This document shows positions 13,485-26,930 of a stretch of 64,000 nt of DNA, one piece after another; the stretch's first letter is position 1, and each line of letters starts with the position of its first letter. The position numbers and the translations under genes were made by a program. The stretch is from positions 33,170,001 to 33,234,000 of the forward strand of contig OX597814.1 in NCBI GenBank assembly GCA_951406725.2, in the 5' to 3' direction. Under the pieces are notes generated by a model, which did no database searches, was not told the DNA's origin, and worked only from the letters and a program-made list of their open reading frames with translations. Source of the DNA: Octopus vulgaris (lineage: Eukaryota).

Positions 13485-13788
13485 AGGCCGCGCGCAGGTA
13501 GGAACGTTAGCACGCCGGGCGAAATGCTTCGCGGTATTTCGTCTGCCGCTATGCTCTGAGTTCAAATTCCGCCGAGGTCGACTTTGCCTTTTATCCTTTC
13601 GGGGTCGATTAAATAAGTACCAGTTACGCACTGCGGTCGATGTAATCGACTTAATCCGTTTGTCTGTCCTTGTTTGTCCCCTCTGTGTTTAGCCCCTTGT
13701 GGGTAGTAAAGAAATAGGTATTTCGTCTGCCGTTACGTTCTGAGTTCAAATTCTGCCGTGCTAACGCTTCTGCTAGCTCACCGCCTTG
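13485..13788 (+). mobile_element. SINE type B, full length, followed by a partial repeat and an inverted head
   Basis: 13485-13716 is highly similar to 8460-8686; 13717-13758 repeats part of the head; 13758-13788 is the head inverted. Confidence 0.9.
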
Positions 13789-14545
13789 ATATAAAATATC
13801 ATAATGCTAAAGTCTGTACACTGATAGCTTAATAATAAAGAGTATATATTGTACGATAACGAACATATACATTAATATTTCGCTACCAAAGCAGAAACTT
13901 TGAGCTTAAACTATTAATGTATACACACACACACACACACACACACATACGTGTGTATGTATGTACCGTAACAAAGAAGATTTTTATGTTGAAGTACATA
14001 ATGTAAAATTGTATATTGTGATAGTCCAATGTAGGATCATATTTAATGATCTGACGATCAAGTTAATAAACTAATGTCTTTAAAGAATATATAAGTGTGT
14101 GCGTGTGTGTGTGTTTGTATGTATGCTTAACTACATATATATATATATATATAACTACATATATATATATATAACTACATATATTCATATAAATGAAACT
14201 ATATATATATTTAACAAGCTGATGTTAAAGTATATAATGAATAGCTAAATGGTAAAATCTATATTTTAAGAGTCTAATCTTTAGATACAACAAACTATAT
14301 TTTTACTTTCACGTTTTTTTTTTTCTATTTTCTTTACGTCATTAAAAGACAAGGTATGGCAACGATATTTCCATCACCATTTTGAATCACCTTCTGTTGA
14401 CACCTGCAGCAAGGAAACAACGAAAGTAAGAAGTAAGATATGAGCGTATCTAATACTATCGACTCCAACTTTTTTAAAAACTTGATATATCTTTGTTATA
14501 AGATATTGTTTCGCGCTTTGACATTTGTTGAAGTTACAGATAAAA

Positions 14546-14548
<3 letters not shown>

Positions 14549-14636
<88 letters not shown>

Positions 14637-14697
14637 TACATATATATGTGTATATATATATATATATATATGTATGTATATATATATATACATATAT

Positions 14698-14761
<64 letters not shown>

Positions 14762-14860
14762 GAAGAGAAAGACATACACATGGAAATATAGTGATAGCCA
14801 TATACATATATACATGTGCGTGTGTGTGTCTGTGTCTGTGTGTATGTCTCTGTGTGTGCG
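14549..14860. repeat. (TA)n/(TG)n microsatellite
   Basis: Direct reading. Confidence 0.95.
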
Positions 14861-15706
14861 TATCGATAAGTTACTGATAATATATATCATGGTTTTACAG
14901 TTGATAAGGTGCAAGAAATAACTTTATTAAAAAATAAAATAACTCAACATATCACCTGAAAAAAAAAACTGATACCAAATCAGCATTTAAATAAAAGATA
15001 TTTTCAAAATCTAGAGATAATTCAATAGGTTTGCACTTTTCCTTTTTATCAGTTTGAGGGCAATGTGTTTCACATTTGTTTTTTTATTTTGTTGCTGCTT
15101 TTTTTTTCATGCTTATTGCTTTAGCTAGGTTTATGCTCGGGGTAAATTTATTGAGTCCAATAGAGAGAACAACATTGCCCAGATATTGAGCGATGCGACA
15201 GCGTAGACAATAATGAAATAGATTATTTTAAATATATTTCTGTGTGTTTTTTTATGTATGTATGTATACTTCTTTCATTTCTACACCGTGTTTTCTGGCT
15301 TGTATTGTGATATCTATAAATAGATTTCAAAGAAGAGCAAAATATCAACAAAAACAACATCGTATGAACTATAACAACATCTACCATAGTAATAATGATA
15401 TATATAATAATCATTATAAAAAGTAGTTGTTGTAGCAGAATTTGGCGTTAACGCTGTTTTTATTTGTGGTGTGTGTATGTGTATACTATATACTTAAATG
15501 TGTGTGTGTGTGTGTGTGTGTGTTTGTATTGATATAAATGTTTAGCTGATTCCAAAAACATATTTCTGTTGTGTCTGCTCACATAGTATTATGTAAAAAC
15601 TGTTATTAAACAGAATCGACTTATAGATTTACTTCTGTTTTTATTTGGACTCATTGTATACGTATACATGCAAGCATGTATATATATATATATATATAAA
15701 GATATA

Positions 15707-16048
15707 TACTCTTTTACTCTTTTACTTGTTTCAGTCATCTGACTGCGGCCATGCTGGAGCACCGCCTTTAATCGAGCAACTCGACCCCGGGAGTTATTCT
15801 TTTGTAAGCCCAGTACTTATTCTATCGGTCTCTTTTGCCGAACCGCTAAGTGACGGGGACGTAAACACACCAGCATCGGTTGTCAAGCAATGCTAGGGGG
15901 ACAAACACAGACACACAAACACACACACATATATATATACATATATACGACGGGCTTCTTTCAGTTTCCGTCTACCAAATCCACTCACAAGGCTTTGGTC
16001 GGCCCGAGGCTATGGTAGAAGACACTTGCCCAAGGTGCCACGCAGTGG

Positions 16049-16052
<4 letters not shown>
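15707..16052 (-). mobile_element. SINE type A, 5'-truncated
   Basis: Reverse-complement homology to 58041-58453. Confidence 0.9.
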
Positions 16053-16089
<37 letters not shown>

Positions 16090-16092
<3 letters not shown>

Positions 16093-17290
16093 TACTATAA
16101 TGGGCGTTATATCCGTCTGTCTGTTCCCTCTTCACGGTGAAACGGCTGAACCAATGGTCACGATGTTTTTCCGGATTAAGGAGGTGATCAGGAAGTTTTC
16201 TAGCAAAAACAAAATGTGAAAAGTATGATTATTCAGTGGATATTGATTTTTGTATTAACAAATCCTCTTTGTTTTGCTTTTGTTATTTATTCTTGTCAAA
16301 ATTCCGACGACGAGAACTGACTCTGGATTCTCCACCCCCTCTCCTGTATAGTTTGTGAATTTAGAGCGTTTAGATTTGCGATATTATCCCTTTATTTCTT
16401 ATCGTAGATGGGCAGATTTGCTATCTTACTATAATGGGCGTTATGTCCGCCTGTCCGTCTCTTTGTTTGTTCCCTCTTCACAGCCAGACGACTGGACCAA
16501 TGGTTGTGATATTTTTCGGGATTACAAAGACGTTCATCAAGAAGGACTTTAGCATTAAAAAAAAATCAGAAAGTATGATAATTTCGTGGATATCGATTTC
16601 TAAATTGATAAAATACTTTTGCATTTATATTAAAAATTCACCAACGACCAATAACTCTGGATTTTCATCGTACAGTTCGTGGCCCCATCGTAGATACGAA
16701 TGGGGTCGCGAGGACGGTTAATGGCGAAAATAAAATAGGAAACGTGTGTCAGTATATAGTGTGTGCGATTATTTAGTCGTTATTGAAGTGTATCAGTCTT
16801 GAGCAGGATTCGAAACGGCTAATCGAAGTGGCTGTTGTTGACATCTCAGTTTTGTCAATCAAAATAAACCGTGTTACCAGAACATTCAGACATTATTCGA
16901 ATAGAACAGTGAGAGGTAAGGCTTAGTTTGATGTTTTGCAACCCTAAATGTTCCGCTCTCACATTCACAGCAAACAATGCACAGGGCCAGAATTTAGATC
17001 GTGTAAGTATATTTTTACCCACACCGATGTTTACACACAGCCAGTTATACATCGCTATGAGTAGAGCAGCGGACTCCAGTAATTTGAAAATTAATGTCGA
17101 TCAAATAGAAAATATCGTCTACAAAGAGGTTTTCTAATCATATTGATATTATCGAAAGGAATATGATTCATAATTTAAATAAGGAAATTTGCGAACTTTG
17201 AATGTATAAGAGTATAAACAAGCGTAAAATAGTATAAACAACTAAAATAAAAGTATATCTAAATAACATATTTTACTGAATACTTTTATA
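16090..17290 (+). mobile_element. Helitron derivative: duplicated 5' terminus (16090, 16424) and Pif1-helicase C-terminus
   Basis: A|TCTTACTATAATGGGCG occurs twice; ORF 16928-17137 reads FTANNAQGQNLDRVSIFLPTPMFTHSQLYIAMSR...NIVYKEVF. Confidence 0.85.
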
Positions 17291-17560
17291 TGTAATGGTC
17301 GAAGGAAACTCTGGTTTTCGTTAGGAGTGGTCCACATAATCATTCATGATACAGATGCCGGGAGTCTATTTCAATTCGGGTGAATCGGAATCATATATCA
17401 GTTAGTCGCAAACACATGTCATATCGCTGCAATAGAATGCTGTATCACCAAGAATAATGTGATTTTTCTAAGACATCACCCAGTAATCTATCAAGTCCAT
17501 TTACACATTTCTCAATACATACTGCTGTTATGCCTCCAGCGTAGATAGGTAGATTTGATA

Positions 17561-17639
<79 letters not shown>

Positions 17640-18358
17640 AATACATACACATACACACAAACACACAAGCACGTACATACACACTCACATATACATGTCT
17701 GTATATGAACATATACATACACATATACGTATGAAAAAGTGGGTTAGATAAACAAAATTGTGTGTGTGTGCGCGCGCGTATGTGTGTGTCTGTGTGTACT
17801 TATGGATGTCCTTAATTTCATTTGTTTCATTACTCATATTACAGAATCTAATTTAGATAATATATTTCAGATTGGAAAACTGATTTTTATTACGATCACT
17901 CTATATTGATTTAAATGCCTCTTTCACACTTCTTACATAAATATGTCGGGGAAGCCAGATCTCATATGTTTATCTATATTCTGTACTCTATTTGAAAATT
18001 ACCTCAGCAAAATCTCAGTGTTGTAGCTCTTAGGCCTTAAACCGTTTTTATAATGCTTGACTTATGCCCCCTTTTTAAAAATTTATGCCTCCTTTTTAAA
18101 AATATTTGGGTCCATTATTACTATTGGTTGCAACTATACTATTTCATTTTTTTTAGATTATTTTTCGATATGACTCGGGACCTCTCTACGAATAAAATAC
18201 TCTATCCTTAAAGAAATTGTCCATGAAGCAGTCATATACATAAACAGTCTCATCATGCCGCAATAATATCAAATAATCTAGTGAAAGGCTTGTCACTTAG
18301 GTTATCATACTTTTCTGCGAAATATTAAGATTTTAAGATAACTTCTGATTATATATAA

Positions 18359-18740
18359 CTAGCAGTATCGCCCGGCGTTGCTCAGGTTTGTAAGGGAAAT
18401 AACTATAAAGCATTTTTAGAGAGTTATAGCCAAAAAATAGCAAAAAAAATGGAAAAAAATGATGGTAATTTTTTTTTTTAGTTAAAAAAGGTGGAGTTGC
18501 GTCCCCTAGACAGTTTGCGGTTTGTGTCTAATTCTCGACCCCATGTCGAATTTATCGATCTTTTTCAGAACTGGGGGGACTTTTCAAAATTTTCGCTGCG
18601 TTAGTTTTGAATTATGACATTGGGCTATGTGTGTGTCAAGTTTCATCAGAATCGGTTGAAAGCCGTGGTCAGGGTGAGGGTACAAGCAAACAGACACACA
18701 GAAACACGCACAGACAAACTACCGTTTATATAGAGAGAGA
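18359..18740 (-). mobile_element. non-autonomous Helitron
   Basis: Minus strand: 5' TC..., 3' hairpin cctgagcaacgccggg then ...CTAG|T; same 3' end as 51878-52267 but a different body. Confidence 0.85.
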
Positions 18741-19077
18741 TAAAGAAGTTGCTATAAAGAGAAAAATTGTTATGTTGAACAGGTTGAATTAGATTGCCTA
18801 TATTCAATCCTCTGCAGGATGAAAACCTTGGCAGATTCTCTTCAGCAACCACATTCTGATGTGGAGGCTGTAAATTTGACCTTGACATCATATTGGTTTC
18901 ATGAGCTTATTCTACTACACTGGCTCGACTTAACTTGACAAGACGGTGCCCCAGCATGGCCGCAGTTTAATGACTGAAACAAATTAAAAAATAAAAGAAT
19001 AAAAGGAAACGAATGAATAAATAAATGAATAAATAAATAAAGACAGGATAATGTCTTGTGAAAGGCCTTTGATAATA

Positions 19078-19244
19078 GGCGCAAGAGTGGCTGTGTGGTA
19101 AGTAGCAAGCTTGCAAACCACATGGTTCCGGGTTCAGTCCCACTGCGTGGCACCTTGGGCAAGTGTCTTCTACTATAGCCTCGGGCCGACCAAAGCCTTG
19201 TGAGTGGATTTGGTAGACGGAAACTGAAAGAAGCCCGTCGTATG

Positions 19245-19305
<61 letters not shown>

Positions 19306-19508
19306 TTGTCCCCCCCCCAACATCGCTTGACAATCGATGCTGTTGTGTTCACGTCGCCGTAACTTAGCCGTTCGGCAAAAGAGGCCGATAGAATAAGTAC
19401 TACGCTTACAAAGAATAAATCCAGGGGGGTCGATTTGCTCGACTAAAGGCGGTGTTCCAGCATGGCCGCATTCAAATGACTGAAACAAGTAAAAGAGAGT
19501 AAAAGAGA
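19078..19508 (+). mobile_element. SINE type A, full length
   Basis: tRNA-like head (tggctgtgtgg, ggttcagtccc), internal (TA)n(TG)n, aaagagt-type tail; an extra tail piece lies at ~18940-19000. Confidence 0.9.
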
Positions 19509-20077
19509 ATAGGACTAAACAACAAGAGAAAAGGATTCTAAATTTATGTTAAGAAAAGCTAGGCTCTATCAACAGCGCTTCCACCCTCAGAAGTAAAACA
19601 AATAAATGCCACAAAGTTCATGCTTCGAAAAAAAAAACAAAAAAAAAACTAAACATTCACAGCGCCGATTTGTAGCATTAGCTTCAGTTTTGTTAAGCGG
19701 ATATGCCGCAGCTTCATCAGGCTCTAATATCAAACTGATAAACCTTATTTAAATTTCGCTAGATGAATTGTGAAGAGTAGAATTAGATCGTATGACCGAA
19801 GACACAAATGACACTCTGTGCTATAAGACTCGAGCGGAAAATCTAATACTTTATCTAAATAATATTATATATCTGGATATATTCTAATCTCTTTGGTAAT
19901 GTTGAATATCATTATTTTAAAATCTGGATATTGTGTTCTAGAAAATAACTTGTAATCCATGACAGGATAATGCTTTGCAAACTCAGGTTTCACACGTATT
20001 TGTTACTATAATGTGTGTGCCTCTATGTGTGTGTGTGTGTGTGATTATTGGTATGTCTGTGCGCGCGTGCATGTATG

Positions 20078-20108
<31 letters not shown>

Positions 20109-20207
20109 ATATAAGTTCAGCAGAATTTAGATTCAAATGAATATGGTACTTAAGTTAGATGCACCAGAATTTTGTATGGTGTTATCCATATAAATCCATG
20201 GGGTGAT

Positions 20208-20628
20208 TATAATCAAAATAAGCAACTAGAATATCTTCGGTAATTTGGTACGATCGTTTCACGCTACATCATTTTATTAAACATTGTAAGTATTACAACA
20301 GTTTTAAAATGTTGATCAATCATCAGCCATTTATAGAGGTTTTCCATCAATTCATATACTTATTTTCATGTTAATTGATAACATTATAAAATACCTTAAT
20401 GTTCTTAACTTTCAAATCAACATCTCTGTCTATTTATCTACCCTCTTTATAATGTTATCAATTAACATGAAAATAAGTATATGTACTGAAGGAAAACCTC
20501 TATAAATGGCTGATGATTTCTCAACATTTTAAAACTGTTGTAATACTTACAATGTTTAATAAAATGACGTAGCGTGAAACGATCGTACCAAATTATCGAA
20601 GATATTCTTGTTGCTTATTTTGATTATA
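20208..20628. repeat. fold-back palindrome (~180-bp arms, ~55-bp loop) between microsatellites
   Basis: 20208-20390 versus 20447-20628 are near-exact reverse complements. Confidence 0.92.
20502..20596 (+). ncRNA. hammerhead-like motif with long stem II (mirror copy on - strand at 20241-20334)
   Basis: ataaatgg CTGATGA [AT-rich hairpin] GAAA cgatcg TA ccaaattat; palindromic stem III ACGATCGT; the base of stem II pairs poorly. Confidence 0.55.
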
Positions 20629-20712
20629 TATATCTATATATATATATTATTTATTAATGGAACACAACACACCGAATTTGTATTAACAAGTAAGTTTTTT
20701 TATATACCCGTG

Positions 20713-20763
<51 letters not shown>

Positions 20764-21379
20764 CCTTCATACTTTTCTTCCTCTCAGCCTCTCACTTCTA
20801 TTCTAGCCTTTCTACCTACTCCTTTTCTCTCTCTGCCTCTTGTATTCTTAGTCTTTCGCCTTTCCCTTTAACCCTTTCCTTATTTTTTCTCTGTCGCTCT
20901 CTCTCTCTCTCCTTCTCTTTTACTGTCTTTCTCCTCTGCTTGATGCTGTCACGTGATCCGTGGCCAGTTCCATTTTTCCTTCGTTTCTTTCACTGGTCCC
21001 GTAGCTACCAGTTGCAAATTCTCTATCGCTCCGTTCTCTATCCTTCAAGACACTTTCTAAGCGTTACCCACTATTCTCGTCTCTTTGACCCCCAAGGCCA
21101 TACTTTGTTTGACTGTTCGTCCTCGTCCACCGTCCTAAATTACACTGTGTCGATTTGTTTGCATTGTTTTATTTGCTCTCGTCCCTAATTCTCCGCAAGA
21201 AAACTTTTTTTCCGGGCACCACCAATTGGGGAGCGCTTAGTTATATCATTAATGGTGCAAAACTGAAAGAACAAGTCAACCGGTGGGTAGTAAACTAGAG
21301 ACAACCAGGCAGCAGGACTGAAAGACTACAACCAATCCCAGTGTCTATTTTTTAAATTTTATTTGCAGCACAGAGGCCC

Positions 21380-21468
21380 ATTTTTCGGAAATTTCTTCGG
21401 TAACCGAGATTTGAATTTGCCATCTTAGTATTTTAAACTGAGCGCACTACCACTGCGCTACGGGCGCC
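21380..21468 (-). mobile_element. tRNA-derived SINE head, degenerate
   Basis: ggcgcccgTAGCGCAGTGGtag...aaTTCAAATCtcgg carries A/B-box-like motifs but no complete cloverleaf. Confidence 0.45.
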
Positions 21469-21548
21469 AAGTATGTCATATAAGATAAGTCCCTTTTTCC
21501 TGCTGTTCAGAGTAAGTCCTCTTAATTTATTATTATCAGTCTGCTTTT

Positions 21549-21755
21549 GTTTCAAATTTTGGCACAAGGACGGAGATTTGGGGGTTGGGGATTAGTCGGT
21601 TACATCGATCCCAGTGCTTGACTGGTACTTATTTTATCGACCTCAAAAAATGGAAGAGACGTCGACCAGACTTGAAGGCAAAACATAAACAGCCGGAAAA
21701 ATCACCACTAAGCATTTTTTCCGATGCACAAATGATTCAACCATTTCGTTGCCTT
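21549..21755 (-). mobile_element. SINE type B, diverged
   Basis: actggtacttattttatcgacc core; ttcaaattttggcacaagg tail. Confidence 0.7.
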
Positions 21756-21832
21756 TCAAGTCGCTTTTTTAATTTTTATTAATTATTTTCTATTTTTATT
21801 AATTATCTTCATTAATTATTTTCTTAGGGCAT

Positions 21833-22265
21833 CGACGTAGCAGAAAATTGTTAGCGTGTCGTATTAAATACTTAGCAGCATTTCTTTACGTTCTTGGTTC
21901 AAATACCGCGAGGTCAACTATGCTTTTCATCATTTTCGGTATCGACAAATTAAAGTACCAGTCAAGTACTGGGATCGATGTAATTTATGATTCACCACTT
22001 CGCTAAAACATCTTGCTTTGTGCTAAAACGTGAAAAAAATTGTTAAATATTTTCTAGTGTGACGACTGACGGAAAGCTCGGAACATCGGACAAAATTTCT
22101 TTCGGTTTTGTTTCAGACTTATACGTTCTGATTTCAAATCCTTCCGAGGTTAATTTTGCCTTTTATCCTTTCAAGATCGATAAAATAAAGTACTATTCAA
22201 GTACTGGGGTCTAAGATTAACGTTCTCTCTTCAAAACTGATGGCCTTGCGTCTGAATCAGAAGGC
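21833..22265 (+). mobile_element. two tandem diverged type B SINEs (~21833-22035, ~22060-22265)
   Basis: Each has ttacgttct...ttcaaat...gaggt.aa.t.tgc.ttt.atc...gatcga-like core and ggccttg/tgcttt tail. Confidence 0.7.
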
Positions 22266-23649
22266 ATTATTGAATATGTTCATTCTGGTAATTATTTCAT
22301 TTGTTGCGTTAGCTCAATTTCCAACATTTAGAGTTACTGCACAAGCGACACAAACTAAAATATCTTGGAGAAATGTGCATTATATAAGTTGTTGTTGTTC
22401 AACATTATTTCAAGTTTATTCTTCGCTATAAGGTGACCATAAATAACCTACGTCTCTGTAACCTACGTCTCAGCATATATTTTTGCAGTTAAAAAGTGGA
22501 CTTATTCACTATCAAAATTAAATCAATAGCACCCGTAGTGTGCACTAATGGCTATTTTTTTCCTAAAAATAACCAAGAAGAAAAAGAGAACTATAAAATT
22601 TTATTTGTTAAATTATTGATATAAACTTGTTATGCAAGACAGCTAGATAATAACCAACTGTGTGGCATGGTAGATGGGGGACAAATAACCTTGTTATGCA
22701 GATGGAACAAATTTTGTATCCTACATATTTAGATGTAATGGAATTTGACAATTGCCCTTAAGTAATTGATATCGCACTACAACATTTTTTATTTTCTTTT
22801 TCATTTCTTTTTACAGTATAGCAGGCTCGGTGTCATATTGTTCTCTCTCGATATCATTTAGCTATGAAAACATCGCTATTCACGTCTTGTTCACTATTTT
22901 ATACTGTTATGCTAGCTTCTACCGATTTAGTAGCTGTAGTTTTATTTTACATTAGTACATATTCCAGATCTCAGTGGATACCGTAGAGAACGTACTTATC
23001 TTCTGCTCTGTGCAGAGTGTCCGCGTAAATGTTTCTTGTATATAATCTGAGAAGTCGTAAAATTCTTTGACTCCCTCAGAGTCTTCGTTCTCACGCCTAT
23101 CAAGTAAGAGTTTGAAATATTCCATAACATAATCAGTTTGACAAAATCCAGTTTGGTAGCATTCGGCACTCTTTCTTACTGCACTATATTATAACACACC
23201 TGATATTCACCCTTCAAATTCTTTTTTCGAAAATGGTTGTCCAGAAAGAAAGAAAGAAATGCGTATTTGAGCTCGCCAAAACACATCTTGACATTTTCAA
23301 ATCATTATTCATTGATTCATTTTCTTCTATTTAAAATTTGCTTTTCTTTTACTGCTTCTTGGGGGCCTTTGTGACATGTCATAGTAATTATCTTATAGTT
23401 CAATTTGCATGAAGGTGTATACACGTTACCATGCACTGTCCCAAAAGCTATTAAAACAATTTAAAAACTATCTGAAAGACTTTCTCAGTATATAACATAT
23501 AATATGTAGCATGTGTATTGAAAGAAAACAGATAATGAGGACTGTTATGAATTGCAAATAGTGAAGTTCTGTTACGGTTGTCATCATTTATACTATTGGC
23601 GTGTAAAAGAAAGTGAAAACTGGATATTATACTCTCGGAAGAAGAGTGC

Positions 23650-25105
23650 TGGATGTGCTGTGTGGGCGACGGAGCGTTTTCCTGATGACTGGAGCGAGGC
23701 AACTCTTTTACCTTTCTTCAGAAAAGGTGACAGAAAGTTGTGTTCCAACTATAGAGGCATCAGCTTGATCGATGTGGCTGCCAAAACCTTTACAATCCTT
23801 CTTCTGAAGAGGTTCCAGGCCAACCGTGATGTCCGTACTCGTCCTTCTCAGGGCGGCTTCCGTCGCGGGAGAGGGTGCGTTGATCAAATCTGCAGTCTCC
23901 AGCGAGTCCTGGAACAGTGGTGGGCGCACCAACAACCTACCGTTCTCTGCTTCATCGATTTTGCGGCTGCCTTCGACTCGGTGGATCTGACGTATTATGC
24001 AGGCGGACGGTATCCTTGTGAAGCTGCTAAAACTCATACAGGGCTACTATCGTTCAACGAGGGCTCGGGTGAGGGTCTATAGCGGGGAGACGAAGTCGTT
24101 TGATGTCACTACCAGTGATCGGTGGTGTTGTGCGCTCTCGCCAACCCTATTCAATTACGCCATCGATTACAACCTCAACACTGCGCTTCGGGACTACCCG
24201 GGCGTAGAGGCTGGGAGAAGAGTCGTGGTGACGGACCTGGCCTACGCAGATGACATCTCACTCTTGGGCTCTAACCGGACAGATGTCCAAGATGTTCTCT
24301 AAAGGGTGCATGCGGCAGCAGCAGCTGTTGGTCTTCGGATCAATGCTGGCAAAACCAAAGTGATGGTCGCAGCACAGGAATGGCAGCCAATCGTTCTCGA
24401 GGGAGTGGAGCTGGAGGATGTGAAGTCCTTCACCAACCTGGGTTCAACGGTGGTTTCAGCGGGCCAGGGCGCAGCTGAGGTCGAGCGTCGCATAGATGCT
24501 GCCTGATCCGCATTCGTGCGCCTCCGGCGGTGCCTGTGGGGCAGAAGAGAGATCTTCTCGGTGACCAAAGGGCAAAACTACCAGGCCGTCGTTCGTACTA
24601 TCCTCCTCTATGGTTGTGAAACATGGCCTATGAGGGTAGTCGATCAGTAAAGGCTGGAGGTGTTCGACAATGACTGTCTCCGCCGCATTATTCGCTGCCA
24701 ACGCATTGATCGGGTTCATACAGCCAGTCTTCGTCGTCGCCTGAATCTCCGGCCCCTCCCTTCAGTGCTTCAACAACGGCGCTTAAGGTGGTTCAATCAT
24801 GCGGCCCGGCGTCCAGAGGGTGAGCTGATTCGCGATCTCCTCCTCCCTCCTCCACTTCCCAACTGGCGCACATGCACGGGCGGGCAGCTGAAGACCTGGG
24901 CAACGACGATAAAGGAAGACCTCTCCGAACTCTCAGGGCCGCAGGTGGTCGGTCTGCGCAGATGGAACCGCGAATAGGTCGCTATCTCTAGTGACCTCGC
25001 ACAGGACCGTCGAGCGTGGGCCGCCATTGTTCGTGATGCCGTCAGGACCAGAGAAGAAGCCGATTCAACCCGCCCTGGGTGAACGCCGTCACAAGTACAA
25101 GTACA
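23650..25105 (+). mobile_element. RTE-clade LINE, 5'-truncated and decayed (RT to 3' end)
   Basis: KGDRKLCSNYRGISL, QGGFRRGRGCVDQI, FIDFAAAFDSV, LSPTLFN, LAYADD, RRLRWFNHAARR; (CAAGTA)n tail; stops and frameshifts. Confidence 0.95.
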
Positions 25106-26286
25106 AAAAGATGTGATTTGGACTAACATCGTAAAAAGCCGACTTTCATTTACATATAGTTCGATGTTACCCTTCTTGTACCTGTTGCTGTTGTTTTCTC
25201 CAGATCTAACTTAATTGAATAAGCATATTATCTAAATTATTCCAACGGTGATCACCTCTAATTTTTCAGGACGTATAGAGCTACATTTTCTAAGGCATCC
25301 ACTCTTTATTTGAGAAATTGGGTACAATCTGAGCAAATTCTGACTGCTAATGCTAGCACATCCAAGAACTACACACAAAAAATCTCCCATTAAATTGGTG
25401 CTTACATATGTGTGAAAATCGAAGAAACGGAAATCGAAGTTGACTTTGGCAGGAGTTGAACTCAACGAATATGTAAAAATAGGAATTGTTATTACAAAGC
25501 CATTGGCCATTCTAACATTGGCAGCCTACCTATTCTGGCAACGCCATCGTCTCCTTGTTCTTCCTACAAATATCTTTAGTAACAGCATAAAGACATATAA
25601 ATAGTATCAATTAACATTTTTTAGATTATTTCTAATTAAGTCTGTAATTTGCTTTTCTTTTCAACTTAAATCCTTAGAAATTTATCATAATTGATTTTCC
25701 CTCTTTCTTTCTCTCACCCTCTCCGTTCCTCTCCCCCTCTCTCTTCCTCTCTTTCTTTCTTACTTTCACTGTTTTTATCATTCTCTCTTTCCTTTTATCA
25801 TATTTTTTCTCATCCTCCACCAATATCCATAGTTGTCTTAAACGCAGTGTTTTCGTTTTTGTTACTCAGCTCTTAAGGCTAAGTTGCAAATAATGTTTGT
25901 TTCCTGATAATTATTATTACTGTTATTGTTATTATTATTATTATTATCATTATTATTATTGTTGTTGTTGTTGTTGTTGTTTTGTTTGTATGTTATCGTT
26001 AATTTTCTACGTCCATCGATATCGTTTTGTCAACATTTATAATACACCGCTCCTTCTTTCCCTTTCTCTATCTATCTTTCATTATTAATTTATTTTGTTT
26101 CTTTTAGGTCTTTATATTGTTTTGTTTTAGGTGTATATTGTGTATGTGTTATATATGTGTATGTGTGTGTGTAAAAATGTGTGTAGGTATATAGGCGTGT
26201 GTATCTCTCTCTCTCTCTCTCTTTCCATATATATATATAGATATAGATAAATAGCTAAATAGATAGAAACGTGTTCATGTGTATGT

Positions 26287-26337
<51 letters not shown>

Positions 26338-26511
26338 TACATATATATATATATATACATATGTGTGTGTGTATATATATTGTGTCTGGGGAGAGTCATA
26401 TTGTATTAATGCCTTATTATCTAACACACGCACCGTTAGATTTTCGCTCATTCATTATTTATACTTTTACTTCCAAACTTCTCGTTGCAACCTTGTCAAT
26501 GTATGTTATAT

Positions 26512-26930
26512 ATACGAGGAGGTACACCAAAGAAACCGGAATTTTGTGATATTATTATATTTACCTAGTTTTATATGTTTACGCTTTCATCACCTTCAAA
26601 ATATTCTCCACTCGAAGCAAAAACACATCGGTCCAGACGCGTTTTCCATTGTTCAGAGCAATTCCTAGAACTCTTGCGAAGTGATGACTCTTAAGGCTTC
26701 CGTCATTTTTTTTACTTTATCCTCTCTTCCACATCTGCAGAACGTTTTCCTTTCAGAATTTATTTTATCCATTCGGGGAAATAAAAAAAAAATGATGAAT
26801 ACGGTGGGTGGGTGGGTAAGCGTGGTCATGCGATTTTTAAAGTCAGAAACTGTCTCACACTCAAGGAAGTGTGCGCAGATGCATTGCCGTGATGAAACCA
26901 CCAATCTCCACTATCAGTGAGACCATACTC
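26512..26930 (-). mobile_element. mariner-like transposase C-terminal relic with TIR
   Basis: ORF 26665-26904 MTTLTHPP...FFLFPRM...VKKMTEALRVITSQEF; terminus ta-cgaggaggtacaccaaagaaaccggaa. Confidence 0.75.

Noticed and set aside
20960-21330. Possible CR1/L2 C-terminal relic
   Set aside because: Only a faint FFP..W-like motif; insufficient evidence.
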